From Eledone cirrhosa (lineage: Eukaryota): DNA of 64,000 bases. The notes under the pieces are model-generated. The model was not told the origin of the DNA and did no database searches. It saw only the letters and a program-made list of their open reading frames with translations. The stretch is from NCBI GenBank assembly GCA_964016885.1, contig OZ024746.1, positions 46,376,001 through 46,440,000 of the forward strand, read 5' to 3'. Made by a program: the position numbers and the translations under genes. This document shows, piece by piece, positions 58,235-64,000 of the stretch (its first letter is position 1; each line of letters opens with the position of its first letter).

Positions 58235-60570
58235 TATTTATTAAAATAACAGATTAAATTTAAGCAAAGAATCGCTGCTTTCACTCTTAACGGGATCTTC
58301 TGAAACTAACAAAGTCAATCTGTAAACGCAGAACTGGATATTTCAAAAAACATTGCAACCGGGGGAAGACAGGAAGACGATACTTTGGTTCGTGGAAACG
58401 TTCGCTGGCAAAGAACGGGAAAAAACGAATAATACGTCATTAATAGGAGCGGTGGAAAACAATTACGCGCAAAGACAGAACCACGTTTATGGTATAAAAG
58501 AGATCGGAGACTAATGTTCTCTTAGGTGGTGCATAGAGACTTTCTCTGGCAATGAACGAAAAAACGAAGATAATACGTCATATGTGGAGCGTGGGGAATA
58601 ATAGCACGCCAAGACAAAACCACGTAAATGGTATAGCAGAAGTCGTAGACTAAAATTCTAACTAGGAGACCAAATGAATCTCCGCTACAGAGTTAAGAAC
58701 AAAGTAAATAAATACAATACAGAAGTAATAGAAATAAATAAATACATACACGCAAACAAATACGTACATACACAAGCATACGCAAAACCGTACCATAGGT
58801 ATACAAAACCACGCACATATAAATATGTGTGTGTGTGTATGCGTGTATACAAATAAATAAATAATTATATAAACGTACAAGAATAAATAAATACGTATAT
58901 AACAAGCGCACACACATACCTACATATAAATACACGAATGTTCGGAGACGTAAGTCAACTAAAACAAGAAGTACACATATACACACACCCTCCATACGTA
59001 CGAACCTGCATATTCACACAGACGCAAAAATCCCGTATACACATAGCCAAACACTATGTACCAGAAATATAAAATTATACGCCATAACAGTCAAATATAC
59101 GTACGAGAAGGTATACGTACCTTCACAAAACATACGGGTAATATATACTTACCTATGCAAATAAGTAAAGGAATAAACAAAACATATACTTAGCTCCCAC
59201 ATCAAGACGTAAAATATCAACGTATAGATCGTACTATCCGTTAGGGTATAACGTGGGGCTGTAATACAGGGAAGTTTTGTGCAATTTATGTTTACAAGCC
59301 GAAATTGCCTCAGATTTTTTGTTTAAGATGTGGTCTGTGGCGTAGAGTATTTCCAGGGCCTCAGCGGCGCAGAGGTCACATGGTCTTTTATTTCCGTTAT
59401 ACGATCTAGCCCTAGCTAGGATCTCTCAGTGTAACTTATATTGGGTGTGGTTGTCTTTTAAACTCCAGATATAAGCTGAAAGTGACGTCATATTCCTTCT
59501 AAGAGGGTAACGAAAAGAATGGGTATGCATGTAAAGACGCTGCTTGAAACTATTGGCGGTTAACACTATGTAGGCCCTATGGGACGTGGGTGTTACAACC
59601 TTACATTTGTAGACAATGTTACTAGAGAGGCATTTCCCGGATAGGGGGCAATCAGCCCGATTCCTACAATTACAGTTAGTACTAACTACAGGGTTGCAGT
59701 GTTCCTACGGCTAGGTAGTTTAGCTAAATTTGAAGCTGTGATGTTATGTGCAAGGTTAGGAGTCGTAGAGTAAGAAATTTTAATAGTATTTCTATTAAAA
59801 ATGTTACTACATTTATGTGTAGGGGGAAAATGCTTCGTAATAAGGGAAAGAAAGATCTTAGCTAATGGTGTGGCCACCTCCATATGGTGGGTTATACCAA
59901 CAAATGCGACGGGATCTATTTCTTCCAGGTCTATTTTCGTACTCTGTATATGCTACCTTATCGACAAATCCACTTCGAGCAAGAGCTTCATTGTAATAAG
60001 TGGAATGGTCGTAGAAAATACGCTCGTTGGTGGAAAGACGGGAAAGCCTCAACGAAACGTTTCTTACCAGGTTCTTGGTTATGCTGGCAGGATGGTTGGA
60101 ATGCTTACTTATGTAATTAAGTGTATCATTCGGCTTTCTATACGGGTAATACAACCCATTCAATAAATTGAGGGTAACGTCGAGGTAATTAACGACCGAG
60201 AGATTGGCCTCAACCTGTATAGAGAGGTTGAAGCCTTTAAAGAAGGCTGTGAGTTCTTTTCTTAACCTGTCGCAAGCACGAAGTCCGCACTTAGTCATGG
60301 TCAAAAGACCATCGTCACGGTACAAACCACCGCCCGCGTCGGGGAATTCGTCCTTGATAGAGAAAAGAAGGAAAAGGCCGATAAGATCAGTAACCTCCGC
60401 AGAGTCACTGGCGCCCATACTCACGTCGAATGGGGTACTATTGGATTTTTAAATCCAAATAGAGTCGTCGAAATTAATCACCGCTACAGTTCTCTTATAT
60501 ATTTGATATATATTTATCCTTATCGAGCCCTCTTTGGATTTTAGTCTTCAAATTTATTATTATTACTATA
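58235..60570 (-). mobile_element. 5'-truncated Naiad-type PLE with an inverted 5' segment
   Basis: [63 protein letters not shown]. Inverted piece at 60485-60570. Confidence 0.92.
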
Positions 60571-60589
60571 TATATATATATATATATAG

Positions 60590-61091
60590 TTAAAAGAATA
60601 GAGGTGTAACACACAAGTTATTATATATTGGTAAACGGAATAGAAAATGCTGACAAATTGTTCATAGTTGAAAAATGGTTTAATTAGGAATAAAAGAGTA
60701 TTAGTGATTGTATGGGTTAGTATTCAGTTGTGGTTTTAAGTTTTTAAGTTTTTACCGGTTGCGCATTTCTAAATGCTTTGCAAAAATAATTTTGAGATAG
60801 AGTGTCCGTGCTGTTTGCTCTGATCTGATTAGTTTTGGGAATTCTACCTGTTTTTATGTTAAAAAAGTGGCTCCAATTTGCAAAAATTCTTGTGGTCAAA
60901 ACAATTTTGATTGGTCGGTAGAGGTCATGTGAATGTAAAAAATTGATTTTTGCGCCAAGACTGTTTTTATGTTAAAAAAGTGGCTCCAGCAAAAATTCTT
61001 GTGGTCAAAACAATTTTGATTGGTCGGTAGAGGTCATGTGAATAAAAAATTGGTTTTGCGCCAAGATTGAAAAATTACTCTTTCACAACAA

Positions 61092-61159
<68 letters not shown>

Positions 61160-61413
61160 TAGTAGTAGTAAGGTGTTCGATGTTGTGATAATGGTTAGCA
61201 GCGATGTGTGTCAAATGGCTATTAAGATAAGTGTGTGTGTATGTGTGTGTGTATATATGTGTGTGTGGGTTGACCAGTATTTTTCCCCCTGGTAAAATGG
61301 TGTACATTATTCGATTTTTTCAGTAAAATCGGTTCTCTTAATAGAACATCAAAAATCTTAACAAAAAAAGGTGTGAAAGGATATTCACTATATATATATA
61401 CACATACATATAT

Positions 61414-61460
<47 letters not shown>

Positions 61461-61830
61461 ACATATATATATGCACATATATTTTTTTGTGTTGCACAAT
61501 AGAGCATGTGTGTTTACGTATGTCATTGTGTTTATATGTGGGTAGAGATGTGTGCTGATGTAGGTATGTATGTTGACGTGTGTATGTTGTGGGTTCGTCT
61601 TAGGGAGAAGTGTTTAGACGGGGTCCGTATTTGTTAATGAAGTAAGATTCCTTGCTGATGCGCTGGGTGTGGGTGGCATTATCTTTAAATTTGTAGAGGG
61701 GAAAGATTCTGAAGTTGGGATGATTTTGGGCGGCACAGGTATCAATGTGTTCACTCAGTGGTATTTTCCTGTATTCCCGTATTTTGATTTGGGATCTATG
61801 GACAGTCATGCGTTGGGATCTATGGACAGA
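60590..61830 (-). mobile_element. 3' end of a non-Naiad PLE (Neptune/Poseidon-like GIY-YIG C-terminus plus UTR)
   Basis: [44 protein letters not shown]. The UTR has (CA)n and a ~110-bp tandem duplication at 60848-61067. Confidence 0.7.
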
Positions 61831-61852
61831 CATATGTATGTATATATATATA

Positions 61853-61915
<63 letters not shown>

Positions 61916-62120
61916 AATACATGTATATATATATATGTAAATACAATATCGGAGAAAGCTTTTTAGCGATACCCCGGCCAAATTCCAACTCACTCAACAA
62001 ACATTAGGAAATATGTGATTATATTCCCAATTATGTGTTCGGGGTGGTAACTAAAAGTATTGCGTGGAAAATTGGCTGTCTTATTTCAAATGAGACATAT
62101 CTAATATATGTATATATATA

Positions 62121-64000
<1,880 letters not shown>

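Noticed and set aside
58262-58312. HHR-like CAGAAGA-hairpin-GAAA on the minus strand (also ~43415-43450)
   Set aside because: The core is altered, and there is no UH site or complementary stem I in either copy. At best a relic.

Overview
AT-rich animal genomic DNA, most likely octopus/cephalopod (inferred from the (TA)n/(CA)n load and the RTE, Nin-domain SINE and Helitron families). Most ORF-track entries are microsatellite artefacts. The first 34 kb holds a decayed Helitron Rep-helicase, RTE/CRE LINE fragments, SINEs, a solo LTR, a MITE and a few candidate host exons. From 34.5 to 64 kb the window is almost entirely nested Penelope-like elements (PLEs) in (TA)n arrays. Most are Naiad-type (RT plus CxCx5Cx5C linker plus GIY-YIG), and one copy is near full length (44231-51855). 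The main hidden signal is about 20 type I hammerhead ribozyme (HHR) motifs from about 11 sequence families. They lie in PLE pLTRs and in short non-coding fold-back or tandem elements. Their variants include a 116-nt stem II insert, CCGAAGA cores, and a ~507-nt retrozyme-like tandem monomer with an octamer motif. All calls were made by eye, so coordinates are approximate to a few bp.
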